Assembly (NCBI GenBank): GCA_963665115.1
Contig: OY762007.1
Coordinates: 2,528,001 to 2,592,000, forward strand
DNA: 64,000 nt
Source: an uncultured Rivularia sp.
GTDB taxonomy: Bacteria > Cyanobacteriota > Cyanobacteriia > Cyanobacteriales > Nostocaceae
Direction of reading: 5' to 3'
The position numbers and the translations under genes are program-made. The notes beneath the pieces were generated by a model. The model had not been told where the DNA came from, did no database searches, and saw only the letters and a program-made list of their open reading frames with translations. Below are positions 21,193 through 31,432 of the stretch, in pieces (the first letter of the stretch is position 1; each line of letters begins with the position of its first letter).

Positions 21193-21639
21193 CTATTCGC
21201 TTACACGATATTTTGATTTGAGCAGTTTTCCCCAAATAGAATTGTAGGGATGGACGGTTTCGACTTGATGCTTGTTTGTAAAAATTGGTTTTTCTTTATT
21301 AGCCCATTGAAAAATACCACCACTCAAATTAAATACATTTTGATATCCTGCTGAAGACAGTTGTTGAGCTACCTTAGCGCTACGATAGCCAACCGAACAA
21401 TAAACCACGATAGGGGTATTTAAAGGAACTTCCGAAATTGCCGCGATAGCTTGGTTAGTCGGTTCAATCCATTGTGCCAATTTAATATGACTGACTGCGT
21501 ATTCTTCTTGGGAACGTGCATCTAAAATTAGGGGAGTTGATGAAGCTTTTCGATCTAGCCATCGTATAAACTGAGAAATTTTTACCGACTTCACATTAGG
21601 AAAATTAAGCTTGATAAGTAGTTCGAGCAACCAGAACAT
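21193..21639 (-). CDS. Rhodanese-like domain protein
   Basis: LDARSQEEYAVSHI, active-site VYCSVGYRS, and NLSGGIFQW. Confidence 0.88.
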   Translation of the reverse strand: MFWLLELLIKLNFPNVKSVKISQFIRWLDRKASSTPLILDARSQEEYAVSHIKLAQWIEPTNQAIAAISEVPLNTPIVVYCSVGYRSAKVAQQLSSAGYQNVFNLSGGIFQWANKEKPIFTNKHQVETVHPYNSIWGKLLKSKYRVSE

Positions 21640-22273
21640 GATTCCGTACCTCCAAAACAACTATAGCAACGGATATATCGGTTGGGACATCATATTTTGC
21701 TTACAGGGAAAGGAAGAAAAGATGAAGTTTAAGTATTTTCACCTTTGTTTAAATAAAAAATATGTATATTTTACAATGACTTTATTAATCTAATTAAATT
21801 TGAGTGCATAATGCTTAATACATCTATGTTATTTAAAACAGGGCGATCTACCGTAATTTACGATGTTAATACGCAGTATTAGCTATCTATAAAGGACTCT
21901 GACTGCGTTATTCGTACATAAGCCCTATTGCACGAAAAGTTAATTGTGTAATTCAAAACAAATTTGGTGCTTTATTAATCAATTAATTAAGCAGTTCTTA
22001 ATTAAACCGATTACTAAATTTTTGAATCTCGAAAACCAGTGAATCGCTATTTTTATAGCAATGGTTATATCGAGACGGGACATCTTTAAATTACTTCAGA
22101 GAGAATTGTTGGAGCAGAAAACTGTTTTAACTTAACTGTTGTGGCTACTGCTACGAAAAGCGATCGAAGAGATACCGTCAAAAAGCTCAAGCTTAGTAAC
22201 GCCGGATAATTGCAAACTCTTTAATGATTAATTGTTAACTTATCATTCATAACCCTTTTAAGGAATCATACAT

Positions 22274-22903
22274 ATGTCCGTTGCAACTATTCTCAAAAGA
22301 CTTTCTATTGCTACTGCTGGAGCAGCTACTATTGTTTTAACAACAGCTTACTCTGCATCAGCCGCTTCAATCTCGTTTGATTTTAGCGGTAATGGTGGAA
22401 AAGAAAATTCATTTAACCTGACAAAAGACGGGCTAACTGTAACTGCAACCGGAGAACTTGTTGATGGTACTGCTCGCGATGTTCTCCAAGACGGAGATGG
22501 CTTTGGAATCTTTGCTGGGGGGACAGAAAATAAACAAATTGATGGTGTAAATGCTAATAAAAGAGAGACTCTCAATCTAAATTTTGATAAGTTAGTAACT
22601 CTACTTTCTGCTACTTTTACTAAAGTCGATAGTGGCGATAACTTTAAACTATTAGTCGATGGAAATCAATTTATTTCCTCCACTCCGATTCCCGGTAGTG
22701 GAACTTTTGACTTTACTTCATTGAAGGCGACGGGTACAGACTTGGGTTTCAGTATCAATGATAGTGATGACGATTACTTTTTGAAAAGTGTAACAGTTAA
22801 AGAAGTCCCCGAGCCTACAACTATTTTAGGTTCATTACTAGTCAGTGGATTCGGCGCGATGTTTTATAAAAAGCGTAAAAATCAGTCCGATAATATCGCT
22901 TAA
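22274..22903 (+). CDS. PEP-CTERM sorting-domain protein
   Basis: Signal peptide ending SASAA; C-terminal VPEP, TM helix and KKRK. Confidence 0.9.
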   Translation: MSVATILKRLSIATAGAATIVLTTAYSASAASISFDFSGNGGKENSFNLTKDGLTVTATGELVDGTARDVLQDGDGFGIFAGGTENKQIDGVNANKRETLNLNFDKLVTLLSATFTKVDSGDNFKLLVDGNQFISSTPIPGSGTFDFTSLKATGTDLGFSINDSDDDYFLKSVTVKEVPEPTTILGSLLVSGFGAMFYKKRKNQSDNIA

Positions 22904-22945
22904 ATAAGCACGAATATAGCTGTTTGCTATAAGTAGATTATTTTT

Positions 22946-22977
22946 AACCTGGTTTTTTGAAGAAGCCGGGTTTTTCT
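22946..22977 (+). terminator. Probable intrinsic terminator
   Basis: AACCTGGTTTTT-TGA-AGAAGCCGGGTT hairpin followed by a T tract, 40 bp after the stop. Confidence 0.5.
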
Positions 22978-23223
22978 TATAAGTATTTAATCCATAGAGC
23001 AGGCAGAAATATCTTTTCTAACAAGAAAATATTACTTGTATAATCAATGAATTTTTTACAAACTCTTCATATGATAATGTAAATTTTTGGGAGAGAATCA
23101 TTAATGCTGATGTATTAAAATAAACAAGTATTTTTGATAGTTAGAAAAAACAGGCTGTCAAAAATCTCATATTTCAGGGCTTTACCACAACTGCGTCGTA
23201 AAAAATAGATAGCGCAATTTGCA

Positions 23224-24078
23224 ATGAATATAACTGAAATAGCCTTGCCGAAACTACTCAAAGATATTCGTTATTGGCTCTTAGGGATTGCTGCGGGTTT
23301 AGAAGCAATTTGTTTAACTCTCATCTGGAAGGCTGATGATACCGGACATTTGGGAATGAGTCTGCTGTTTTTGTTTGCTGTTGGAAGCTTAACTTGGGAA
23401 AAACGTAATACTTTAAAGTTTGAAAGTGAAGTTATGCCCAGTATTGTGGGTATTGGGTTGATTAGTTGGGTTTTGTGGCAAAGTGCGAACCTGGCTGATG
23501 GTAATACAATGCGGCTTTTATCTTTTACTTCTGCTTTGGGGCTTGCTTTACTGGCTTCTGGTTTTAAAGGATTGAAGCAGTATTGCCAAGAACTTACTAT
23601 CCTGTTTTTCTTAGGTGTACCTAGCGTAATTTCCAGCTTTTTATTTGATATTTCTCCCTTAACCGCTCAGTTTTCAGCATTCCTTTTGCACTATTTTGGT
23701 TTTGATGTTGCAACTCAAGGAGTTTTTATTAATCTACCTAATGGTGGTGTAGAGGTAACACATGAATGCTCCGGTATTGACACTATTATTTATATTCTCA
23801 GTGTTTCCGTACTTGCTTTAGTCATGTTTCCTGTAAATCGCAGCAAACAATTTTTTGTCCCGATTGTGGCAATAGTTATCGGATTTGTCATCAATGGGAT
23901 TCGTGTAGCAATGCTGGCAATATTTGCTGCATCAGACAAAGCTGCTTTTGAGAGTTGGCATGGTGGGCAGGCATCGTATTTATACGGGATGATTGGTATT
24001 TTTATCTTTGGATGTTTTTACTGGTTGCTATTACAGCAGCAAGAAAAAAGTCAAAGTAGTGTGAATTCCCAAAGTTAA
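23224..24078 (+). CDS. crtA: Cyanoexosortase A
   Basis: Multi-TM protein with the exosortase catalytic triad (ECSG, NGIRV, WHGG); adjacent to a PEP-CTERM gene. Confidence 0.85.
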   Translation: MNITEIALPKLLKDIRYWLLGIAAGLEAICLTLIWKADDTGHLGMSLLFLFAVGSLTWEKRNTLKFESEVMPSIVGIGLISWVLWQSANLADGNTMRLLSFTSALGLALLASGFKGLKQYCQELTILFFLGVPSVISSFLFDISPLTAQFSAFLLHYFGFDVATQGVFINLPNGGVEVTHECSGIDTIIYILSVSVLALVMFPVNRSKQFFVPIVAIVIGFVINGIRVAMLAIFAASDKAAFESWHGGQASYLYGMIGIFIFGCFYWLLLQQQEKSQSSVNSQS

Positions 24079-24248
24079 TGAATACTTGGAAGCAAATTCG
24101 TATCCCTTTACTAGCGTTTATCTTTACTGCTGTTGTCTTGGTTTTGGTAAGAGTGATTTTGGTAACTGCATTTACGACTAAGCAGAAAGATGGTAGTAAA
24201 TTACCTCACTTACCTTTTGAAACGGCAGCATTTGTAGAAGATAATTAG
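24078..24248 (+). CDS. 56-aa single-TM ORF resembling the N-terminus of the cyanoexosortase A-associated protein (truncated)
   Basis: TAATG overlap with the crtA stop; MNTWKQIRIPLLAFIFTAVVLVLVRVILV...VEDN*. Below the ORF-track length cutoff. Confidence 0.6.
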   Translation: MNTWKQIRIPLLAFIFTAVVLVLVRVILVTAFTTKQKDGSKLPHLPFETAAFVEDN

Positions 24249-24417
24249 TTGTATTTCTCTATAATGTTGCCGCTATCTCTTGCATATATATTTCATTCAA
24301 ATTACAACTACCTTCTGATAAAAACTAGCTAATTTACTTCTAGTTTTTATATTTAATTTGCTTACTTCCACATCTTAGATAAACCTAATAATTCACTTAA
24401 ATTTTTACATTTAACTC

Positions 24418-25188
24418 ATGTCTAAAACAGAAAGCGATCGCTTAAACAAATCGTTACTTGCTCAAATTGGAAATTTAAATCAAACTACTAACGAATTTTC
24501 AAGGTTTATCTTTGGAATGGTAGATTCTCTCCCAGTTATACGCTGGATAGGTTATGGACTTTTGCTACTAGCGCTATTTGATGTTATCGAAATGTTTATT
24601 CCAGCCAGATTTATGAATCCTAACTGGGAATTTCAAACTTTTGGTGCATTAGTAGAAAGAGTTGCAGTACCTTTAATTGGGTTTGCATTTGTATTTTTAG
24701 CGGGACTAAACGAACGGAGCTATAAAGAAGGAATTATCCTCAAAATTCTATCTTGGTTAACTTTATTACTAGGAATTATATATTTTCTCACTGTACCTTT
24801 AGGAATTATTAATACAGTTAGAATTCATAAACAAAATAATAATCAAATCACCGTTAGATTAAAGCAACAACAATCCGTAATTGAACAAGTTAAAAAAAAT
24901 CTGGATGGCCCTGTAACAGAAGCTCAAATGCAGCAGCTTTTAGCACGTTTGAACGGTGGAAACGCTCCTGAAATTAAAAGTCCGGAAGAATTGCAACAAG
25001 CAAAACAACAGCTTTCTACATTTATTAATAAAGGTGAAGGCGAATTAGAAACACAGGTACAAGCTGCACGTTCAAATCAAAGCCTTAATTTACTCAAAAA
25101 ATCTGTCAAATGGAATTTAGGAGCGCTGGTAGGTGGTGCTTTATTTATCACAATCTGGCGCAGTACTGCTTGGGCTAGACGCGGTTAG
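24418..25188 (+). CDS. HpsJ-family membrane protein (cyanoexosortase A-associated)
   Basis: FMNPNWEFQTFGALVERVAVPLIG motif, coiled coil, and SVKWNLGAL. Confidence 0.8.
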   Translation: MSKTESDRLNKSLLAQIGNLNQTTNEFSRFIFGMVDSLPVIRWIGYGLLLLALFDVIEMFIPARFMNPNWEFQTFGALVERVAVPLIGFAFVFLAGLNERSYKEGIILKILSWLTLLLGIIYFLTVPLGIINTVRIHKQNNNQITVRLKQQQSVIEQVKKNLDGPVTEAQMQQLLARLNGGNAPEIKSPEELQQAKQQLSTFINKGEGELETQVQAARSNQSLNLLKKSVKWNLGALVGGALFITIWRSTAWARRG

Positions 25189-25349
25189 GAGATGGGAGCG
25201 AGGGGGAGACAAGGGGACAAGGAGAAATATAAACTCCTTACTCCTAACCTTTAACCTTTGTCGTGCCTTCCACACTCGCACGATTTGACACAATGTATTT
25301 AAAATATGAAGGAAGGTTAAGACGTTTTCACAATTAAGAGTTATAAACG

Positions 25350-26003
25350 ATGGGATTATTCGGACTTGGTAAAAAGCAGACTGTACCTACTCCTGAAGAA
25401 GCTTTACCGGGAAGGGCTTCCTCGATGCCAGTACCTGAGAAACATCATGTTAACGGCAATCCCCTCAAGCCTCCTTTTCCCGAAGGTATGGAAAAAGTTG
25501 TATTTGGGATGGGATGTTTTTGGGGTGCGGAACGTAAGTTCTGGCAGTTGGATGGAGTTTATACTACTGCTGTAGGTTATGCTGCTGGCTCAACTCCTAA
25601 TCCTACATATAAAGAAGTATGTAGTGGAATGACTGGTCATAATGAAGTTGTGCTAGTTGTGTACGATCCGAAAAAAGTGGGTTACGAACAGCTTTTAAAA
25701 ACTTTTTGGGAAAGCCATAATCCTACCCAAGGAATGCGTCAAGGTAATGACAGTGGTACGCAATATCGTTCGGGAATTTACACTTATTCTCAAGAACAGA
25801 AAAAGCTCGCAGAAGCATCTAAAGATTCTTATCAACAAGCTTTGAAAGAAGCTGGTTATGGGGATATTACTACAGAAATTCTTGATGCTCCTGAATTTTA
25901 TTATGCTGAAGATTACCATCAGCAGTACCTCGCTAAAAATCCCAATGGTTATTGTGGATTAGGTGGTACTAATGTTTCTTGCCCGGTTGGTGTAATGAAT
26001 TAA
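25350..26003 (+). CDS. msrA: Peptide-methionine (S)-S-oxide reductase
   Basis: GCFWG, TQYRS and [12 protein letters not shown]. Confidence 0.97.
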   Translation: MGLFGLGKKQTVPTPEEALPGRASSMPVPEKHHVNGNPLKPPFPEGMEKVVFGMGCFWGAERKFWQLDGVYTTAVGYAAGSTPNPTYKEVCSGMTGHNEVVLVVYDPKKVGYEQLLKTFWESHNPTQGMRQGNDSGTQYRSGIYTYSQEQKKLAEASKDSYQQALKEAGYGDITTEILDAPEFYYAEDYHQQYLAKNPNGYCGLGGTNVSCPVGVMN

Positions 26004-26005
26004 AG

Positions 26006-26070
26006 GTTTGTAGTTGCGCTTTAGCGCCTCCGCATTCGGAAGTATGATGCGCTAAAGCGCTACTACGAAC
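26006..26070. repeat. GTAG-type REP doublet between convergent msrA and rfbB
   Basis: GTTTGTAGTTGCGCTTTAGCGC...GCGCTAAAGCGCTACTACGAAC. Confidence 0.75.
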
Positions 26071-26116
26071 TAATCACTGTAAACTTTGCGATAATAATCT
26101 TGATATTCTTGAGATA

Positions 26117-26228
26117 TAGCGTTTCTCAATCTGGTGAAGTACAGCTTTCTTTATCTCCCCTCTCCTTAATAAGGAGAGGGGTTGGGGGTGAGGTTTTAAG
26201 ATGTACCTCGATAGACCGGGAAGCGCTA
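26117..26228. mobile_element. 112-bp MITE with TA target duplication, inserted in the rfbB 3' end
   Basis: TA|TAGCGTTTCTC...GGGAAGCGCTA|TA. Removing it restores the frame ...KPLL-SQEYQDYYRKVYSD*. Confidence 0.8.
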
Positions 26229-27248
26229 TAATAAAGGTTTCCACCATTCGCTGTTGTTGAGATACCAATGTACTGTTAAACGTAAACCTTCTTCAACCGT
26301 TACAGAAGGAGTCCAGCCTAAATGAGTTTTAATTTTAGCTGCATCAATTGCATATCTGCGGTCGTGTCCGGCTCTATCTTTGACGAAGGTAATTAATTTT
26401 TCTGAAGGTTTTACTGGTAAGTCATCTGCAAATTTATCCATTAATTGACATAACATATGCACGAGGTTGATATTTTCAACTTCGTTATTACCACCAATAT
26501 TGTACATTTCTCCCGGTATTCCATTATTAATTACTATATCTAAAGCATTACAATGGTCGCCGACATAAAGCCAGTCTCGCACGTTTTTACCATCGCCGTA
26601 AACTGGTAATTGTTTACCCAATAAAACGTTAATACACATCAAGGGAATCAATTTTTCTGGAAACTGATATGGTCCGTAATTATTGGAACAGTTGGTAATT
26701 ATTGTTGGTAGTTGGTAAGTATGATAATAAGCTCGAACTAAATGGTCGCTACCTGCTTTTGATGCTGAATATGGGCTGTTAGGAGCATAAGCTGTAGTTT
26801 CAGTGAAAGGTGGGTCTTTTGGAGTTAAACTACCATAAACTTCGTCGGTAGAAACGTGCAAAAAACGATAATTTTCTGGTTGATTTTTGGCTAACCAATA
26901 TTGACGAAAAGCTTCTAGAAGCGTGTAGGTTCCAACAACGTTGGTTTGTACGAAAGCACCGGGGCCGATAATTGACCTATCGACGTGAGACTCCGCAGCA
27001 AAATGGGCAATGATATCTATTTTTTCTGATTCTAGAAGTTGTTTAATTAAAGAAGCATCGCAAATATCTCCTTTGATAAATCGAAAATTATCTTTTGCTT
27101 CTAAGGAAGATAAATTAGCGCGATTCCCCGCATAAGTAAGCGCATCTAATACTACTACTCTATCATTTGGGTAATTTTTACACCAATGATGGACAAAGTT
27201 AGAACCAATAAATCCCGCACCACCCGTTACTAACAAGCTACGACTCAT
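26226..27248 (-). CDS. rfbB: dTDP-glucose 4,6-dehydratase, C-terminus shortened by a MITE
   Basis: GGAGFIG, HFAAESHVDRS, STDEVYG, YSASK and DRAGHDRRY. Confidence 0.97.
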   Translation of the reverse strand: MSRSLLVTGGAGFIGSNFVHHWCKNYPNDRVVVLDALTYAGNRANLSSLEAKDNFRFIKGDICDASLIKQLLESEKIDIIAHFAAESHVDRSIIGPGAFVQTNVVGTYTLLEAFRQYWLAKNQPENYRFLHVSTDEVYGSLTPKDPPFTETTAYAPNSPYSASKAGSDHLVRAYYHTYQLPTIITNCSNNYGPYQFPEKLIPLMCINVLLGKQLPVYGDGKNVRDWLYVGDHCNALDIVINNGIPGEMYNIGGNNEVENINLVHMLCQLMDKFADDLPVKPSEKLITFVKDRAGHDRRYAIDAAKIKTHLGWTPSVTVEEGLRLTVHWYLNNSEWWKPLL

Positions 27249-27383
27249 TAAACTTGCTCCTATGAGAGTTTGTTTTAGGTTATATTACCTGATTAAATTC
27301 TTAATCCTAATCTAAATGCAGGCAGACGTAGCACTGCTACGTCTCTACATTATTGATATGTTGCCTATTAAAATAAAAGAGTA

Positions 27384-28376
27384 TTACTGCAATTTCTTTT
27401 TTATCTTATTGAATATTCTTTGTGTAGATAATTTTGCTAGACGCATTGTTGTTAAAGGTTTAATATTTGAGGGATGACTTTGTTTATGGTCGAAGAAGTC
27501 GTTTAATTCATTCAAAATAACCTGGAAACGTGGAATAATATTTTCGCGGCGGTACTCTTGAAAAAAAGTTTTAGGTAAAGTTAGAGGCGACCAATTTTGC
27601 AGCACTTTAAGAATACGTTGCAGATCGTATTCTTTGGAATAAGCCGCTATTTTGTGACAATTAAATCCGGGATCTAAATAATCTGAAAGTCCACCATTAA
27701 CGCTGGAAAAAATTTGACAGCCGCAAGCCGAAGCTTCCATCGGTTGCAAACCAAAGCCTTCTGTTACTTGCTGCTGTGCCCAGTATTCGGCGGAATCATA
27801 AATATAAATCTTAGCTCGATTGAATAGTTCTGCAATATCTTCAATATAATAATCAACTAACTCTAATTTACACTTTTGTTGCAATGCTGGAACTAAATCT
27901 TGTATGAGATATTCAGAAGATTTTCGTGCTAAAACTAAAACATCAATATCTCGTTCCAGATTTCGATGATTAAATTCATCGCTAATTTGATTGGGTAAAT
28001 AATAAATTAAAGAATGAGGTGATAATTGCCCCCAATATCCTAAAGTATTGCGACTGACGGTAATAATTGGAATACTGGCTGGAAGTTTAAAGCCATAACC
28101 AGCACTATGAGCATGATAAACAACATGATAAGACTTGAGCCGAGGAGCTAGTTTTGCTACATCGAATCCCCAGCAAATTACAAATATGACATCATTTAAA
28201 TTTTGCTGCTGCAATACATCATCTAAAAAAAGCTTGTCTTTTTCCCTTTGACGGTAAGTCACCACCTCAGCATCACATATTTGTTTAGCAAGATTTAAAG
28301 CTTTTAGTTCTGCCCACAAACCACCACAAGCAAATTTACCATCTGTCCCAGGAAGTAAAAAATAAAGTTTTCTCAT
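27384..28376 (-). CDS. Glycosyltransferase (GT-B/GT4-like)
   Basis: EX7E-type motif EGFGLQPMEA. Confidence 0.75.
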   Translation of the reverse strand: MRKLYFLLPGTDGKFACGGLWAELKALNLAKQICDAEVVTYRQREKDKLFLDDVLQQQNLNDVIFVICWGFDVAKLAPRLKSYHVVYHAHSAGYGFKLPASIPIITVSRNTLGYWGQLSPHSLIYYLPNQISDEFNHRNLERDIDVLVLARKSSEYLIQDLVPALQQKCKLELVDYYIEDIAELFNRAKIYIYDSAEYWAQQQVTEGFGLQPMEASACGCQIFSSVNGGLSDYLDPGFNCHKIAAYSKEYDLQRILKVLQNWSPLTLPKTFFQEYRRENIIPRFQVILNELNDFFDHKQSHPSNIKPLTTMRLAKLSTQRIFNKIKKKLQ

Positions 28377-28746
28377 AACTGAAGCTTCTCACACGATTTT
28401 AGATTTTAACAACGGATGCGTTTAGTTTGTAGATTCACGAACCCCAAAACGGGCGCATCGACGAATTTTGGATTTTCATAGGCAGTAGGCAGTGGGCAGT
28501 AGGCAGTAGTGACTCACCCTTAAAAGAGTGAGATTGAAAAATTGACGTTTTATACCTCGCTGCAAGCAGCCTCTGTATAATTATTTATTTTTACTGAGCT
28601 TTAAACTCAGAACTAAAGTTTAAATTGATACTTCTTACCCACTGCCGACTGCCGATTGCCGACTGCCTTTTTTGTAAATCAGAATTTTGCAAGATATTCA
28701 GCACACAGTTGGATAAATAATTGAGTAATTAAGAATTAAGAGTATT

Positions 28747-29163
28747 TTAACCTTTAACCTTTAACCTTATGAATCGTAAATATAGCCATCCGAAAAAACT
28801 ACCAACGAAATAGACGGGAAAATCTGCCCAAATAAAGGTATTTCCTAAAACAAGTCTTCCAGGTAAAGTTTTACGGGCTGCTTCTAAAAATGGCGGTTTC
28901 CATAGCTGTAAAAATTCTATCGCACAGGTTGCAATACAAACTGCGATCGCGATACGTAATGGGGAAACTTTAGGTAAAAGGAAAGCAAATAACAATACCC
29001 AAAATATCTCATAGGCAACGCTTCCTAAAGCATCATGCAGCCATGCTGGGTTTAATCCTTGAGAAAACCTGACTACATAACCTAAAGGCACGATAATTAT
29101 CATACTCGCTAGCAGCGCTATGCGATATTTAAAAAAAGGTATATTCATTTTGCATATAGACAA
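28747..29163 (-). CDS. DUF2809-like membrane protein
   Basis: Four TM segments and the motif IEFLQLW...R...GRLVLGNTF. Confidence 0.75.
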   Translation of the reverse strand: MSICKMNIPFFKYRIALLASMIIIVPLGYVVRFSQGLNPAWLHDALGSVAYEIFWVLLFAFLLPKVSPLRIAIAVCIATCAIEFLQLWKPPFLEAARKTLPGRLVLGNTFIWADFPVYFVGSFFGWLYLRFIRLKVKG

Positions 29164-29341
29164 TGAAAATGAGTCTATTTTAAAGCATTAAAAAACTAAA
29201 AAGCAGAGAACACAAATCAATTCTCTGCTTTCATATTTGAATTTTAATTAATTTATGCTTTTGAAAACGAGAAGTTAATACAGAATACTTATATCAATCC
29301 TGGATCAATTCTCATTCTCAATGGAGGTACTTACAAAAATA

Positions 29342-29914
29342 TTAGCTGGTTAAACCGCTAAATGCACCTTTAGCAGCAGCAATTCCATCTTCAACAGCAG
29401 CCCAGATTCCTGTATCGGGTTCTTTACCAACTAATTGGCGAGTTCCCAAAGCGTAAATGATTGCTTTTAACTGCTCTTGGTGAGCGCGATTTTGGAAATT
29501 AACTTTGTTGATAGGATCGATTGCTTCTTCCCAATCTTCTCCAGCAGTTTGAGCGCACTTGTGTACGAGCAAACCAGTCATTACTAACTGATGCTTCATT
29601 CCTTCGTGCTGCAAAGCTTTTTCATAAAGGTCTAATTCGCTACCACCCATCATTTTGTCAACGGTTTGAGCGAAATTCTTAACTTTCTCTTGAGGTTCGG
29701 ATGCAGTACCAAATTTGCTAATTGCTGCTTCGATAGTTCCCAAGCTTTCTTGATCGTCCTTATGCATATCTTGTATGCGCTTGGTAATCTCTCCATCGCT
29801 GATAGCCGAGATTAATTTCTGTTCGCTAGCAACCATCTGACTTTGCAGCACTTTCATGTCTGCTAATTTCATAGCGATCGCCTTGCGTTGAGTATCTGTT
29901 ATTGTCGTTGCCAT
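29342..29914 (-). CDS. Ferritin-like four-helix cyanobacterial protein ('DNA nickase'/hemerythrin-protein N-domain family)
   Basis: KLADMK, HEGMKH, VHKCAQ and NRAHQEQLK motifs. Confidence 0.6.
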   Translation of the reverse strand: MATTITDTQRKAIAMKLADMKVLQSQMVASEQKLISAISDGEITKRIQDMHKDDQESLGTIEAAISKFGTASEPQEKVKNFAQTVDKMMGGSELDLYEKALQHEGMKHQLVMTGLLVHKCAQTAGEDWEEAIDPINKVNFQNRAHQEQLKAIIYALGTRQLVGKEPDTGIWAAVEDGIAAAKGAFSGLTS

Positions 29915-30160
29915 AACGAAAGTTATCTCCGAATCAAATACATTCCTAGTTTCACGCTCTTATGAATCAGCTTCATCTTTCGCACGACTTAGAACCCATT
30001 TAAAAAATGGTTATTTATTTGTAGCCATGAATACCACTTTGGGGGGATGAGGAGATGGGGAGATGGGGGGGGACAAGGAGAGAGTTATGAGTTAAGAGTT
30101 ATGAGTTAAAAATTAAGCATTGATCACTACTTTCTACTCGCTACTCACTACTCACTACTC

Positions 30161-30832
30161 CTAACTGTTCCCTGTTCCCTGTTTCCAATTAAGTTTCACA
30201 AAATAAGCTTTACGTCCCATTGCATCGTGCTTGAGGGTGATATTTTCAACTGTGAGGTTAAAAGGAATTGCTGTGGTAATGTGACGCTGAAAGAAAGTGC
30301 CTACATCGGGAGCCAGTTCGGTTGCGGTTGTTGTGGCTAGGCTTAAACCGATTAGTTGTTCTATGGGTCCTCGGGGTAATAATAAATGCAGTCCTACAGC
30401 TAATCCGGCTGTCAATAACATGGCGACTGATGCATTTGTACCGCAGCGAGGATGTACGGCTAAATTCCACTCTCCATTAGTGAGGCGTTGCAGAGCGAGG
30501 TTTACAGCGCGTCGCAAGTTGCTGATATTGGCTTCACCATAAAGATAAAATCCTTCTTCTGTAGATAAACCACTGTAAAGCTGATTATCTATCTCAACAT
30601 TCTCACGTTCACTTAATTCTTGAGTTGTAGAGCTATAGGATTTGCTCAAAATCCATACTGTAGCGTGTTCTAAAGCGTGAACCTGACGGAGCATTAAAAT
30701 TTCTTTCAGCCCAGGAACAAAAGATAACCGTTCGAGTAAATCGGCATCTTGATTGGGAGAGGGTGATATCAAATCCAAATTCAAAAAGTCAAAGGAATTG
30801 TCACTACCGTATTTTAAAGTTGAGGTATCCAT
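30161..30832 (-). CDS. DUF6391-like protein
   Basis: RQVHALEHAT and LAVHPRCGTN motifs. Confidence 0.65.
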   Translation of the reverse strand: MDTSTLKYGSDNSFDFLNLDLISPSPNQDADLLERLSFVPGLKEILMLRQVHALEHATVWILSKSYSSTTQELSERENVEIDNQLYSGLSTEEGFYLYGEANISNLRRAVNLALQRLTNGEWNLAVHPRCGTNASVAMLLTAGLAVGLHLLLPRGPIEQLIGLSLATTTATELAPDVGTFFQRHITTAIPFNLTVENITLKHDAMGRKAYFVKLNWKQGTGNS

Positions 30833-31196
30833 TCTTCATCGCTCCCCCACCTGGGTAGGTAAGATATAAACACTTTTAATGTAACCTTTTGAAAAAGGAA
30901 TTATTGCTAATTTTTGTTGATTATTAAGACTATATAAAATTAATCCAAGGAGAGGCAACGGTGAACGAGGAATACAGGAATATTCCAACCATTGAAGCTA
31001 TGGCTAAATTACGGCTAAATTAAAAATTTTGAAACTTATAATTAGAAATAAACAATAATTCTTTTTATTCAGCTTAATTTGCTTTTATATTTTGGTTCTA
31101 ACTTTCCAGATAACTATAAAAACAGAATTTATATTATTTATTGGTATTCTCCTATGCACTACAATTTTTAGGTAAGCGTTCCTTTCTTAAACTAAT

Positions 31197-31243
31197 TTTT
31201 TGAATTTTGAATTTTGAATTTTGAATTTTGAATTTTGAATTTT
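31197..31243. repeat. STRR-type heptamer tandem repeat (TTTTGAA)n
   Basis: About six perfect copies. Related heptamer runs occur near 17789, 28480, 30085-30160, 56421-56490 and 57115-57180. Confidence 0.85.
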
Positions 31244-31259
31244 TAAAGGTAGAAATTGA

Positions 31260-31397
31260 CCCGTCCGTTGCTAGTCGGACGGGAATTGATTGCTGCTAGC
31301 ACTAAGCGCGTAGATCAATACCCTGCGATTGCGCGTCTTAGAGATGAGTTAAGCACCGAAAAGTGAAGCGTGAGGAGACTGGCTAGCAGCAATCAAT
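31260..31397 (-). ncRNA. Candidate structured RNA downstream of pedR (unidentified family)
   Basis: A perfect 16-bp IR (31285-31300 / 31382-31397) encloses internal hairpins and adjoins an 8-bp GC hairpin (31260-31283). GC-rich within an AT-rich spacer. Strand is inferred. Confidence 0.45.
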
Positions 31398-31432
31398 CAA
31401 AATGAACAAAAAATAACCGTCATTATCGCCGT

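Noticed and set aside
22140..22220. Possible c-di-GMP riboswitch ahead of the PEP-CTERM gene
   Set aside because: It lacks the GG(C)AAA...GNRA and GCAAAG core arrangement, and I found no convincing pairing.
31260..31397. Possible retron msr-msd, 6S RNA, tmRNA, SRP RNA or Yfr1
   Set aside because: There is no reverse transcriptase in the window, and I could not match the diagnostic motifs of these RNAs. Kept only as an unidentified structured element.
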